Shown: in pieces, positions 44,872-54,500 of the stretch | How the letters are laid out: the number at the start of each line of letters is the position of its first letter | Position numbering within the stretch: the first letter of the stretch is position 1 | NCBI GenBank assembly: GCA_963721805.1 | Contig: CAVRJY010000001.1 | Span: forward strand, 1,440,001-1,504,000 | DNA: 64,000 nucleotides | Direction: 5' to 3' | From: Nitrospirota bacterium | GTDB taxonomy: Bacteria; Nitrospirota; Thermodesulfovibrionia; Thermodesulfovibrionales; JdFR-86 | Position numbers and translations under genes: made by a program | Notes under the pieces: generated by a model | The model's database searches: none | The model's input: only the letters and a program-made list of their open reading frames with translations | What the model was told of the DNA's origin: nothing

Positions 44872-45918
44872 ATGAGCGTAAAACTCACACAGCTCGCGAG
44901 CTGCTCCGGCTGAGCGGCCAAATACAGTCCTCGCGACCTGTACCACGTGCTGGCACAGCTTCCAAAATTCTCCGACCCAAACATCCTCGTCGGCTCGGCC
45001 AACGCCGACGACGCGGGCGTCTATCGCCTCTCGGATGACCTCGCGCTGGTGTTGACCGCCGACTTCTTCACCCCGATAGTGGACGACCCTTACGCCTTCG
45101 GCGCCATAGCCGCCGCAAACGCGCTCTCCGACGTTTGGGCGATGGGCGGCCGGGCGATCACCGCCCTGAACGTCGCGATGTTCCCGGCCGGGCCGGTCTA
45201 CGCCCCGATACTTATAGAGGTCATGCGCGGGGGCATCGAGAAGATGGCCGAGGCCGGAGTCGGCATCATCGGCGGCCACACGATCAAGGACAAGGAGCCC
45301 AAGTTCGGCTTCGCCGTGACGGGCCTCATTCATCCAAAAAATATACACGACAACACGATGGCGAGGCCCGGCGACGCGATGATACTCACCAAGAAGATCG
45401 GAACCGGCATCGTGGCCACCGGGATCAAGAGCGACAAGGCCCGCCCCGAAGCTATCGCCGAGGCCATAGGCTCGATGAGCAGCCTTAACAAACGGGCGAG
45501 CGAGATCATGGTCGAGGTTGGCGTGAGCACCGCGACCGACATAACCGGCTTCGGCCTGATCGGGCACATGCACGAGGTGCTCGCCGCAAGCGGCCGCACG
45601 GCGCGCGTATACAGCCGGAGCGTCCCGTATTTCGATGAAGCGTTAAGGCTCCTGGCGATGGGCATCGCGCCGGGCGGCACGAAGGAAAACGTCACGACGT
45701 TCGAGAAGTACGTCCAGTGGGGCCATGGGGTCACCGAACAGGACATGCTGCTGCTTTGCGACGCGCAGACCTCGGGCGGGCTGCTGATATTCGTCCCGCA
45801 GGGCAGGAAGAACGAGCTCGTCTCGGCCCTGCAGTCCGAGGGCATCCTCGCAGCACACGTCGGGGACGTCCTGGACGCCCCGGCCAGTGGCGACAGGAAG
45901 ATCTTCGTCGAGACCTAG
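44872..45918 (+). CDS. selD: Selenide, water dikinase with in-frame UGA (selenocysteine) at 44911-44913
   Basis: AAGGAGG SD; MSVKLTQLASCSG-U-AAK; DDAGVY, DFFTPIVDDP, NALSDVWAMGG, TDITGFGL, DAQTSGGLL. Confidence 0.95.
44923..44942 (+). promoter_or_regulatory. Candidate bacterial SECIS hairpin
   Basis: TACA-GTC-(CTCGC)-GAC-C-TGTA stem-loop starting about 10 nt after the UGA. Confidence 0.5.
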
Positions 45919-46086
45919 CAGCCCTACCCCGCTTCGCGGTTTAGCGTTCGCCTCGCCCCGCCACAGCCCCATAGCCAATCCGCATCTTAATCATGCGCAT
46001 CAACTGGTTTGAATAATCATTGTATATAGACTTATCATAATATCAAGCGCCAGAAGCCGGTCCGTATGCCGGCAATGAGGGATAAT

Positions 46087-46851
46087 ATGAAGGCATATCT
46101 TATATCTATGATCGCAATAATTGTTTTATTGAGCTGCAAGGCGGCTGAACAGCCATCTTTCATCGACCCCGCCACCGGCATGGAGTTCGTGAAGGTCAGT
46201 GGCGGATGTTATCAGATGGGGGACACATTCGGAGACGGCGAGCTTGACGAGCGCCCCGTCCACAAGGTCTGCGTTGGAGATTTCGATCTCGGCAAGTTCG
46301 AGGTGACCCAGAAGCAGTGGCGGGATGTGATGGGAGAAAACCCCTCCGAGTTCAGTCAGTGCGGCGGGGATTGTCCGGTGGAAAACGTAAGCTGGGACGA
46401 TGCGCAGGATTTTATAGCCGCGATCAACAGGAAATACGGCGTGCGATACCGGCTCCCGACAGAGGCCGAATGGGAGTATGCGGCCCGCAGCGGCGGCAGG
46501 CGTGACAGGTACTCAGGGACTAGCAAAGAAGCCGCGGTCGAAGACTATGCCTGGGTCGCGAGCAATTCCGAAGGCCATACGCATCCGGTGGGGGCCAAGA
46601 AACCTAACGGGCTGGGATTATATGACATGAGCGGTAACGTCTGGGAGTGGACCGGGGATTGCTATGATGACGGCTACTATCAGCATAGCCCGGTGGATAA
46701 CCCGGCGGGTCCGCCCACATGCCTCAGACGGGTGTTTCGGGGGGGCTCGTGGTTTCGGTATCCTGCGGATGTACGCGCGTCTCTGCGCAGCAACTATGCG
46801 CCAGATGTCAGACGCAGCAGTTTCGGGCTCCGCATGCTGAGAATGAAGTGA
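46087..46851 (+). CDS. FGE/SUMF1-sulfatase-domain lipoprotein
   Basis: LLSC lipobox, EVTQ, PVENVSW, RLPTEAEWEYAAR, GLYDMSGNVWEW, RGGSW. Confidence 0.92.
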   Translation: MKAYLISMIAIIVLLSCKAAEQPSFIDPATGMEFVKVSGGCYQMGDTFGDGELDERPVHKVCVGDFDLGKFEVTQKQWRDVMGENPSEFSQCGGDCPVENVSWDDAQDFIAAINRKYGVRYRLPTEAEWEYAARSGGRRDRYSGTSKEAAVEDYAWVASNSEGHTHPVGAKKPNGLGLYDMSGNVWEWTGDCYDDGYYQHSPVDNPAGPPTCLRRVFRGGSWFRYPADVRASLRSNYAPDVRRSSFGLRMLRMK

Positions 46852-46946
46852 TCCTCTGGGTCACGGCCACGGTCAGCATCGGGCTCACCGTCTACTCCCT
46901 GCTTATATGAAGCCATACAGCCAATAATACGCGCTATAATAATCAC

Positions 46947-47396
46947 ATGAGCATCGTCCTCGTCAGCGCCTGTCTCGCCGGCTATCCGTGCAGGTATGAC
47001 CGCACCCACCGCTTAAACGAAAAGGTCCGCGCCATGGTGCGCGAGGGCCTCGCGGTGCCGATATGCCCCGAGCAGCTGGCCGGGCTCGGCGCCCCCCGGA
47101 TGAAGATCGAGTTCGACTCGGAGGGCGGCGGCGCGGCCGTGCTGGACGGCCTCGGAGGAGCGCATTTCGAGGACGGCACGGACTGCACGGTCGTGCTTAT
47201 GAGGGCCGCCGATGAGGTGCTGCGCCTGGCTAAGTTATACGGGGCCACCGGGGCCGTGCTTAAGGACGGCAGCCCGTCGTGCGGGGTGACATACGTCTAT
47301 ACCGGCGGCAGGCGGGTGCCTGGCCGGGGCACGGCTGCCGAGCGCCTCAGGCGGGAAGGCATAGAGGTGCGGGGCGTTGATACCCTTCAGGAGTGA
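46947..47396 (+). CDS. DUF523 (2-thiouracil desulfurase-like) protein
   Basis: VSACLAGxxCRYD, CPEQLAGLGAPR, LKxGSPSCG. Confidence 0.88.
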   Translation: MSIVLVSACLAGYPCRYDRTHRLNEKVRAMVREGLAVPICPEQLAGLGAPRMKIEFDSEGGGAAVLDGLGGAHFEDGTDCTVVLMRAADEVLRLAKLYGATGAVLKDGSPSCGVTYVYTGGRRVPGRGTAAERLRREGIEVRGVDTLQE

Positions 47397-48048
47397 CGTC
47401 CGCTCGCGTACGTTTCCGTATTTCACAATCGGGATAATCGCGCTAAACGTGGCTGTGTTCGTGTTTTCGCTATATGCCGGGATCGAGCCGGTGACGATGC
47501 TGTTCGGCGCGGTCCCGCTGGCCCTCATGTCCCACGTGAGCCCCCAGCCGATAAGCCCCCTGGCGACCGTCTTCACCTCCATGTTCCTGCACGCGGGGTT
47601 TCTGCACATCGGGGGCAACATGCTCTATCTGTGGATTTTCGGCGGCAATGTCGAAGACAGGATGGGCCACATGAGGTTCCTCGCCTTTTACCTCAGCGGC
47701 GGGATAGCGGCTGCGTATTCGCACGCGATCTTAAACGCGACCTCCACGATGCCGATGGTAGGCGCGAGCGGGGCGATATCGGCGGTGCTCGGGGCTTACA
47801 TTTATCTATATCCCCGCGCCCGCATAGACACGCTGGTATTCCTGGGGTTCTTCTTCCAGATCATACGGCTGCCCGCCTTGATAGTTATCGGGGTTTGGTT
47901 TATTATACAGGTCATCAGCGGGATGCTCTCTAGCGCGGCTAGTGAAGGCAGCATGGGCGGCGTTGCCTGGTTCGCCCACATAGGGGGCTTTCTCTACGGC
48001 CTGATCACCGTATTTATCTTCGTGCCTGGAAGGAGGCGCTTGGCGTGA
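47377..48048 (+). CDS. Rhomboid intramembrane serine protease
   Basis: SMFLHAGFLHIGGNMLYL, GASGA, AHIGG. Confidence 0.93.
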   Translation: MIPFRSDVRSRTFPYFTIGIIALNVAVFVFSLYAGIEPVTMLFGAVPLALMSHVSPQPISPLATVFTSMFLHAGFLHIGGNMLYLWIFGGNVEDRMGHMRFLAFYLSGGIAAAYSHAILNATSTMPMVGASGAISAVLGAYIYLYPRARIDTLVFLGFFFQIIRLPALIVIGVWFIIQVISGMLSSAASEGSMGGVAWFAHIGGFLYGLITVFIFVPGRRRLA

Positions 48049-48941
48049 TTATTGTCTGCCCTCGGTGCCAGACCAAACTCAGGATTCCTGACGAAAAGAT
48101 TAAGCCCGAGGGCTCGAAGTTCAAGTGCCCGAAGTGCCCGGCCGTGCTGAATATCAGGAGGCCCGCGGCTCATGCGCCCGCGCCCGAGGCCCTCTCAGAG
48201 CCCGTGATCGAGCAAAAGATCCCGGTAGTGGCCCCGCCGGCGGCCGCAGCGCCCGCGCTCGCTCCGCACACGGTCCTCGTGGCGCACGAAAACGAGACGG
48301 CCGCGCGCGATGCCGAGTCCGCGCTTGCTGCGCTGGGGTTCTCTGTCCTCAGGGCGAGCGACGGGGTGCAGGCGATGATAGCCGCTCTGAAGGGCAGGCC
48401 ATCGGTCGTGCTCGCGGATCCCGCGCTGCCGAAGATTGGCGGCTTCGACCTGGCCAGGACCATGAAAGAACGCCCTGAACTCAGGGGCATAAAAGTCGCG
48501 ATCATCAGTTCGTCCAGGGACTACCGGCGCGCCCGGCGAAACCCGCAGGTCTCGGCCGATATCGACGCGTATATCGACGAGGACGAACTGGCGTCCGGGA
48601 TGGGCGCGATGCTGCGCACTACGCTGTCTGTCGAGATGCCCCCGGCCCCGCCACCGGTACAGCAGGAAATAACCCCTGCCGCCGAGGAAAGCGACGCGGA
48701 GAAACGCGCGAGGCGGCTCGTCCGCACTGTGTTTTCCGACATAGCGCTCTATAACCCGGAGAAGCTCGTGGACGCCCTCCGCACCAACACCTTCGCGCAA
48801 CTCTTCGAGGAGGACATCAGGGAGGGCTATAAGCACTACGTAAGCCGAGTGCCCGACGACGTCCGCAAGCGGAGAGACTACTTCAAGGAAACCATGGACG
48901 ATTTCATCGCCACGAAGAAACACGCCCTGGGCATCGAGTAA
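48045..48941 (+). CDS. Zinc-ribbon (MJ0042-like) plus receiver-like domain protein
   Basis: CPRC...CPKC, Pro/Ala linker, degenerate receiver, ARRLVRTVFSDIALYN tail. Confidence 0.78.
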   Translation: MIIVCPRCQTKLRIPDEKIKPEGSKFKCPKCPAVLNIRRPAAHAPAPEALSEPVIEQKIPVVAPPAAAAPALAPHTVLVAHENETAARDAESALAALGFSVLRASDGVQAMIAALKGRPSVVLADPALPKIGGFDLARTMKERPELRGIKVAIISSSRDYRRARRNPQVSADIDAYIDEDELASGMGAMLRTTLSVEMPPAPPPVQQEITPAAEESDAEKRARRLVRTVFSDIALYNPEKLVDALRTNTFAQLFEEDIREGYKHYVSRVPDDVRKRRDYFKETMDDFIATKKHALGIE

Positions 48942-49131
48942 CAAGCCACCGCATCCCCCCAGGAAGTATTTTAAAAAAGGCTGCCTCACCCGACCGTTTT
49001 CGGGCTTCCCATGCCTCACCACATAAAGTGAAATTTCCACATGACAACCTGCGCATTTCGGTGTACTATCTGGCTAATCGGCAAAGCAAGCCCCTTGAGG
49101 GCTGCAAATTAAAGCCTCAAAGGAGATATCT

Positions 49132-49773
49132 ATGATGAAAGCTTTATCGGCACTGGCACTGGTTTTGATGTTCCTATTCGCGACGGGCTGCGCCTGCATC
49201 AGCCATGACTGCAGGGCTGGTATAGACGACGGCAAGGTCGTATGCAAAACCCTTAATGACTGCGGCGTCTGCAACGCGCCCACGTGCGAAAAGACCGTCT
49301 GCCCGGACTGCCCGACTTGTCCGCCTCCGCCTGCTTGTCCTGTTCAGGCCGCATGCCCGCCCCCGCCTCCTGTGTCGCACGAACCCTTAGCCACATGCGC
49401 GGACATCCCGGACATGAACATATACTTCGATACCAACAAGTACGATCTCGTGACAACGGGCGACGCGAAGCCGAACGAGAACACGGCCACCCTCGACAAG
49501 ATCGTCGATAGCCTCAAAAATCCGGACGACGAGATGCTCGGCGTATTTATCGCGAGCCGTTGCGACGAACGCGGCTCGATCGAGCTCAACCACAAGCTCG
49601 GCGAGAACCGCGCCATGAGCGTCAGAAAATACCTCATGGACAAAGGCATCTCCGAAAACAGGATCAAGATCATCAACAGCGGCAAGGAAAGCCCTCTCTG
49701 CCCGGAGAAGACCAGGGAGTGCTACCAGATAAACAGAAGCGCGGCTATATACTGGTTTAAACTGCACAATTAA
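49132..49773 (+). CDS. OmpA/Pal-like lipoprotein with Cys/Pro-rich N-terminus
   Basis: ATGC lipobox, IYFD, CDERGSxELNHKLGENRA, SGKESP, NR. Confidence 0.82.
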   Translation: MMKALSALALVLMFLFATGCACISHDCRAGIDDGKVVCKTLNDCGVCNAPTCEKTVCPDCPTCPPPPACPVQAACPPPPPVSHEPLATCADIPDMNIYFDTNKYDLVTTGDAKPNENTATLDKIVDSLKNPDDEMLGVFIASRCDERGSIELNHKLGENRAMSVRKYLMDKGISENRIKIINSGKESPLCPEKTRECYQINRSAAIYWFKLHN

Positions 49774-49784
49774 TCAAAGCCGAC

Positions 49785-49824
49785 GGGGGCTCCCGGCGTA
49801 CTCGCCGGGGGCCTCTTTTTTTTT
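49785..49824 (+). terminator. Intrinsic terminator
   Basis: GGGGGCTCCCGGCG-TACT-CGCCGGGGGCCTC followed by a long T run. Confidence 0.8.
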
Positions 49825-49963
49825 GCGGTCCCACGGGTTGCACGTTCACTCTATCCGGATGATTTTCCGCGGGACTTTCTCAGCGTTTGGGTGTAATATC
49901 TTCTCTATCGGCACGGCACGCCCATGGGGGCGGAAAATAAATATTCAAACAGGAGGGATTTAA

Positions 49964-50491
49964 ATGAGAGCTTCAGCAGCACTGATCGTGGTGATGTTCG
50001 CTATTGCACTGGGTTGCGTATGCGTCAATCCGAGCCTCAAGACATGCGAAAAACCGGGCCCTGGCAGTATGGCCCCGGCAGCGCAGCCGCCTAAGGCTCC
50101 TGAAATGGCGAAGACCATGCCGGCCTGCCCGGTGGATGAGCTGGAGAGCCTCCAGGCGACGCTCAAGGACGTCCGGTTCGATTACAACAAATACGAGATC
50201 CTGAAGAGCGACGTACCCAAGCTCAAGACCCTCGCAAAGATCCTCACAGAACACCCGGAACTGGGCGTAAGGATCGAGGGCAATTGCGACGAACGCGGCA
50301 CCGAAGAGTATAACCTCGCGCTCGGCGTCAAGCGCGCAAATGCGGCAAAAGATTACCTGACTGAAAAGCTCGGCGTCCCCGAGATGAAGATAAGGACCTC
50401 GAGCAACGGGAAGGACAAACCGATCTGCGAGGAGCATAACGAAAAGTGCTGGGCCAAGAACCGCAGGGACGAACTTATCCTCACTCAATAA
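49964..50491 (+). CDS. Peptidoglycan-associated lipoprotein (Pal-like)
   Basis: LGC lipobox, FDYNK, IEGNCDERGTEEYNLALG, GKDKP, WAKNRR. Confidence 0.9.
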   Translation: MRASAALIVVMFAIALGCVCVNPSLKTCEKPGPGSMAPAAQPPKAPEMAKTMPACPVDELESLQATLKDVRFDYNKYEILKSDVPKLKTLAKILTEHPELGVRIEGNCDERGTEEYNLALGVKRANAAKDYLTEKLGVPEMKIRTSSNGKDKPICEEHNEKCWAKNRRDELILTQ

Positions 50492-50499
50492 TGAATCCA

Positions 50500-50532
50500 T
50501 CCAGGGCCCCCGCCATACACGGGGGCCCTGGA
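50500..50532 (+). terminator. Stem-loop after the second pal-like gene
   Basis: TCCAGGGCCCCC-N9-GGGGGCCCTGGA perfect stem, no U tract. Confidence 0.5.
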
Positions 50533-50796
50533 ATGCCTAAATAAGCCTTTGCCCAAGGGGCGCGGAGGCCTACAGTGACGTATGTTGACGACGAGGCCCG
50601 GTTGGCCGAGTAGTGCCGCGACGGCGCATGATGCGGCTTTGGCGCGCATCCATGCAAGCAACTGATAAGCATTTATGGCGGTATTAGTGTTACAATGCAG
50701 TGTTGTACAAATCTAAATATTGGCGGTGCATCGAGCTGGAGAAAGAAAGAAAAACCTTTTTGGCTCTCGTTACACGGCCAGGAGGACTGACAGAGT

Positions 50797-52071
50797 ATGA
50801 GTTTTGAGGCATTCGGTTTAGACGCAAGGATTTTAGCAGGAGTAAAGCTAGCAGGCTACGAGTCTCCGACCCCCATCCAAGTGAAGTCGATCCCCGGCAT
50901 TATGGAAGGCCACGACCTTATGGGCCTCGCCCAGACCGGCACGGGAAAGACAGCGGCGTTCGTGCTCCCGATGCTCCACCACATGCTGTCCGCGCATCCC
51001 TCGACGGACGGCACGGCCCGCAAGAAGATCCGGGGCCTGATCATCGCGCCGACCAGAGAGCTGGCGGAGCAGATCAACGACTCGATCAAGGAACTCGGCA
51101 AGAAGACCCCGTTTAAGAGCATGACTATCTACGGCGGCGCTTCTGCCCACAACCAGCTGAGCAAGCTGCAAAAGGGCGTGGACATCGTCGTGGCCTGCCC
51201 CGGCCGCCTGCTCGACCACATGGGACAGGGCAACGTGGACCTCACGGGCGTCGAGATGCTCGTCCTCGACGAGGCCGACAGGATGCTCGATATGGGCTTC
51301 CTGCCGGACATAACGCGGATCATCAAGCAGCTTCCGAAGAAGAGGCAGACGATGCTTTTCTCTGCCACCATGCCGGACGAGATCCGCAAGCTCACCTCGC
51401 AGCTTATGCACCTGCCCGTTACGGTGCAGGTCGACCACGGCACGCCGGCCAAGACCGTATCACACACGCTCTACCCCGTGGCCGAGCACCTGAAGACCTC
51501 GCTGCTGATCGCGCTGCTCCGGCAGATCGGCTCGGGCAGCGTGCTCGTCTTCACGCGCACGAAGTCGCGCACGAGGCGCATAGCCGAGCGGCTCCAGAAA
51601 GAGGGTTTTAATGCCTCCCCGCTACAGGGCGACATGACTCAGGGAAAACGCCAGGAGTCGCTTGACGGCTTCAGGAGCGGCAAGTACCAGATACTGGTCG
51701 CGACAGACATAGCCGCCAGAGGCGTGGACGTCCTCGGCATATCGCACGTCATAAACTACGACATGCCGGATACCTCTGACGCATATACGCACCGCGTCGG
51801 CAGGACCGGGAGGGCCGAACGCTCCGGCGAGGCCATCACGCTCGTGACGATGGACGACAAGATCGCGGTGCAGAGCCTCGAGCGCAACGTCGGCATCGAG
51901 CTGATCCTGCGCGAGCTCGAGGGGTTTGACTACAACGTCGCGGCTCCGCCACGCTCCACTGCCCCGCGCCGCCCAGGCGGCGGAAGCAGGAGGCCGTCAT
52001 CCGGCTCGCCGCGCGGCGGCTCTGGCGGCGGCAGGACCTCCAGCCGCGGACCCAGGCGCACCTCTTCATAA
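50797..52071 (+). CDS. DEAD-box RNA helicase (RhlE-like)
   Basis: Q motif, AQTGTGKT, PTRELA, DEAD, SAT, ARGVD, HRVGRTGR, RG-rich tail. Confidence 0.95.
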   Translation: MSFEAFGLDARILAGVKLAGYESPTPIQVKSIPGIMEGHDLMGLAQTGTGKTAAFVLPMLHHMLSAHPSTDGTARKKIRGLIIAPTRELAEQINDSIKELGKKTPFKSMTIYGGASAHNQLSKLQKGVDIVVACPGRLLDHMGQGNVDLTGVEMLVLDEADRMLDMGFLPDITRIIKQLPKKRQTMLFSATMPDEIRKLTSQLMHLPVTVQVDHGTPAKTVSHTLYPVAEHLKTSLLIALLRQIGSGSVLVFTRTKSRTRRIAERLQKEGFNASPLQGDMTQGKRQESLDGFRSGKYQILVATDIAARGVDVLGISHVINYDMPDTSDAYTHRVGRTGRAERSGEAITLVTMDDKIAVQSLERNVGIELILRELEGFDYNVAAPPRSTAPRRPGGGSRRPSSGSPRGGSGGGRTSSRGPRRTSS

Positions 52072-52212
52072 ACGCTGCAAGCCCGCCCTCCGCCGCGCGC
52101 GATCCCCGCGCCGGCCGCGGGCGGGCCCTCAGCATCCAGATAACAATTGACTTCCGCGCTCCCGCGCTGTGATAATAGCCATTATAATTAATGAGGGCGA
52201 TAAGTAGTCTAA

Positions 52213-52539
52213 ATGGAAAGCGGCAAACTCGACAGAAAGCGCCTGCTGAGGGCCTCGATGGGGATCGGGGTGGCCTTCAGCGTCCTCGTATTCTTCCTCA
52301 TGGACCTGCTCTATTCAGACAGCGGCTCGTGGCGCGAGGTCATAGCGCTGGACCTGAAGTCAAACTACGGCATGGACGTCACGATCCACAGCCCGGCGGT
52401 CTATCTGGTATACGTGCTGATACTGATGTTCCTGATGGCCGTGGGCGCGGGGATGGGGTATCTTTTCTTCCGCATAATGGAGAAGTTCTTCTCGCTCCTG
52501 CACGGCGCGGCGAAGGACGGAGGCCATCATGAGGGATAG
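52213..52539 (+). CDS. Two-TM hypothetical membrane protein
   Basis: 108 aa, two hydrophobic segments, overlaps the cytochrome start. Confidence 0.65.
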   Translation: MESGKLDRKRLLRASMGIGVAFSVLVFFLMDLLYSDSGSWREVIALDLKSNYGMDVTIHSPAVYLVYVLILMFLMAVGAGMGYLFFRIMEKFFSLLHGAAKDGGHHEG

Positions 52540-53407
52540 GCGCAGCGGCCGCCTGGGCAACCGCGGCATGGCCCGCATGGGCATATTATCGCTGCTCGCG
52601 CTGTTTTGCGGGCTCGCGCTGTTTACGGGATACAAGTACTACAAATACTATTTCGAGTCGCCCGACGTATGCATGCTCTGCCACCCGATGGAAGAGGGCT
52701 ACAAGCAGTGGAACGCGAGCAAGCACAACGACATCATCTGCCAGCGCTGCCACACTATCAGCGCGATGGAGGGCAACCGCCTCCTGTTTAAGTACTTCGT
52801 CGCGGGGAGCAACTCGGTCGCCGAGGACCACGGCCGCATCGAGCCCTGGAAGCACTGCATGGAGTGCCACGAATCGGCCGCGTACTCTGGCGCGGTGACG
52901 CTCAGGAAGTCGCATGGACATGCGCGCCACGTATTCATGAAGGGCATGCAGTGCAACGCCTGCCACACGCCGGACATGCGCACGGATTTCAAGCCTGACC
53001 AGAGCCGCTGCCTGGGCTGCCACCCCGAACGCCTCGTGCACGGCATGGGCACGACCGGGATGCGCTGCCTCAACTGCCACAACTTCATCGAGTCGACCTC
53101 ATCGCCGGTCTCGGAGGACAAGTGCATCCAGTGCCACAAGGACGTCAAGAAGGGCAAGGTGATGGCGCAGCTCAAGTGCTTCGACTGCCACCACCCGCAC
53201 GACAAGCTAAAGCTCATCGACCAGGACTGCATGAGCAGCTGCCATGCCAACCAGGTCCGCGTGGGCCAGCACGGGCTGCACCTCAGGCAGGGCATGAAGT
53301 GCCTCGGCTGCCATAAGCCGCACGAGTGGGCGGTCGGCCCGCAGCAGGCGCGCGGGCTGTGCGACCGCTGCCATCCGCTCAGGAACCCGAACGCCTTTAT
53401 CTATTAG
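52529..53407 (+). CDS. Membrane-anchored multiheme cytochrome c (10 CxxCH + 1 CxxxCH)
   Basis: N-terminal TM; CMLCH, CQRCH, CMECH, CNACH, CLGCH, CLNCH, CIQCH, CFDCH, CMSSCH, CLGCH, CDRCH. Confidence 0.9.
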   Translation: MRDRRSGRLGNRGMARMGILSLLALFCGLALFTGYKYYKYYFESPDVCMLCHPMEEGYKQWNASKHNDIICQRCHTISAMEGNRLLFKYFVAGSNSVAEDHGRIEPWKHCMECHESAAYSGAVTLRKSHGHARHVFMKGMQCNACHTPDMRTDFKPDQSRCLGCHPERLVHGMGTTGMRCLNCHNFIESTSSPVSEDKCIQCHKDVKKGKVMAQLKCFDCHHPHDKLKLIDQDCMSSCHANQVRVGQHGLHLRQGMKCLGCHKPHEWAVGPQQARGLCDRCHPLRNPNAFIY

Positions 53408-53440
53408 AAAAACCTATCTCAGCTTTAAGACAGGTTCGGC

Positions 53441-53626
53441 CTACTTCTCGTACGTTATCGCTTCGACCGGGCATATGCCGGCCGCGGACTCGCAGTCGCA
53501 CGACGAGCACTTGCTCGCGTCCACGACGTAGGCCTTCTCGCCTGCATCGAGCTGGAACACCTCCGGGCACAGCTCCACGCACGACCCGCATCCAACGCAC
53601 GTATCCTGATCCACGATTAGTTTCAT
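53441..53626 (-). CDS. Ferredoxin (single 4Fe-4S type)
   Basis: CVGCGSCVELCPEVF...CPVEAI; GGAGG SD. Confidence 0.92.
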   Translation of the reverse strand: MKLIVDQDTCVGCGSCVELCPEVFQLDAGEKAYVVDASKCSSCDCESAAGICPVEAITYEK

Positions 53627-53762
53627 GCCTGCCTCCCTGGGATTATGTGTGACTCTTGCATAGATGATATAACGGCAAGTCCCGCCGCGCAACATCAAGG
53701 CAGGGGCCGATAAAGTTTTCGGCCGCACGTTCCGATAAGTTACTCATAAGGAGGGAACGGAC

Positions 53763-53939
53763 ATGACTACACGCGAGACCATAGAGGCGCTGAGGAACTC
53801 CGAGATATGGGTCTGCCTGTCCGACGAGGAGAAGGCCGACGCGATAAGCTACGCTCTCTCCGCGCTGGGGCTGAAGTTCCATCCACGCGCAGAGCGCGAC
53901 GACGTGGCCGGGCTGCTCGGGGAGACCTACGGCGGCTGA
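53763..53939 (+). CDS. Small hypothetical protein (58 aa)
   Basis: AAGGAGG SD; MTTRETIEALRNSEIWVCLSDEEKADAISYALSALGLKFH...TYGG*. Confidence 0.6.
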   Translation: MTTRETIEALRNSEIWVCLSDEEKADAISYALSALGLKFHPRAERDDVAGLLGETYGG

Positions 53940-53961
53940 GCCTCACCGGACATGAGCCGCG

Positions 53962-54453
53962 CTAATCCAGCGCCGCCATGTCCATGCTCTCCGTGACCTG
54001 CTTGAGCTTCTTCATCAGCACCGTGCCCGCCCCGGTATTGAATATTATCTTCCTGCCCTGGGGCCCCCTGACGTCATAAGCGGTGATCGGGATGCGTTCC
54101 TCCGCAAGCGCCTGTATCGCGAAGTCAACGTTTCGCTGCCCGACGTTCATTATGCCGTTGGTGACGCGCAGTATATCGCCGCCGCCGAAGACCTTGCAGA
54201 CGAGGTCAGACCTCCGCGAGCCGAGTTCCCCCATGATCTCGATGAGCCTCGGTATCGCGACCATGCCGTACTTGGGGCTTGCGAGGCCCTCTCCGTTCCA
54301 CAGCGGGAGCATGAAGTGGTTTATGCCGCCCATCTTCCGCACCGGGTCCCACAGGCATACCGAGACGCACGAGCCTAGCACGGTCGTGACCAGGTGAGGC
54401 TCCGGGTGCGCGAATATATGTCCTGGGAACAGGTAGTGCTCACCGATGGGCAT
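53962..54453 (-). CDS. cheD: Chemoreceptor glutamine deamidase
   Basis: TVLGSCVSVCLWD, GGINHFMLP, KVFGG, VGQRN, GRKIIF. Confidence 0.92.
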   Translation of the reverse strand: MPIGEHYLFPGHIFAHPEPHLVTTVLGSCVSVCLWDPVRKMGGINHFMLPLWNGEGLASPKYGMVAIPRLIEIMGELGSRRSDLVCKVFGGGDILRVTNGIMNVGQRNVDFAIQALAEERIPITAYDVRGPQGRKIIFNTGAGTVLMKKLKQVTESMDMAALD

Positions 54454-54500
54454 GGCTGCCCCCTCTTATGGACTGCGCCTCGTATGGCATGGCGGTTGGC

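Noticed and set aside
46848..46910. 20-aa hydrophobic ORF overlapping the FGE gene stop
   Set aside because: Too short and has no paralog or SD support.
49076..49131. c-di-GMP-I riboswitch upstream of the OmpA-like gene
   Set aside because: GGCAAA and GCAAA are present, but I cannot find the GNRA tetraloop/receptor two-stem architecture.
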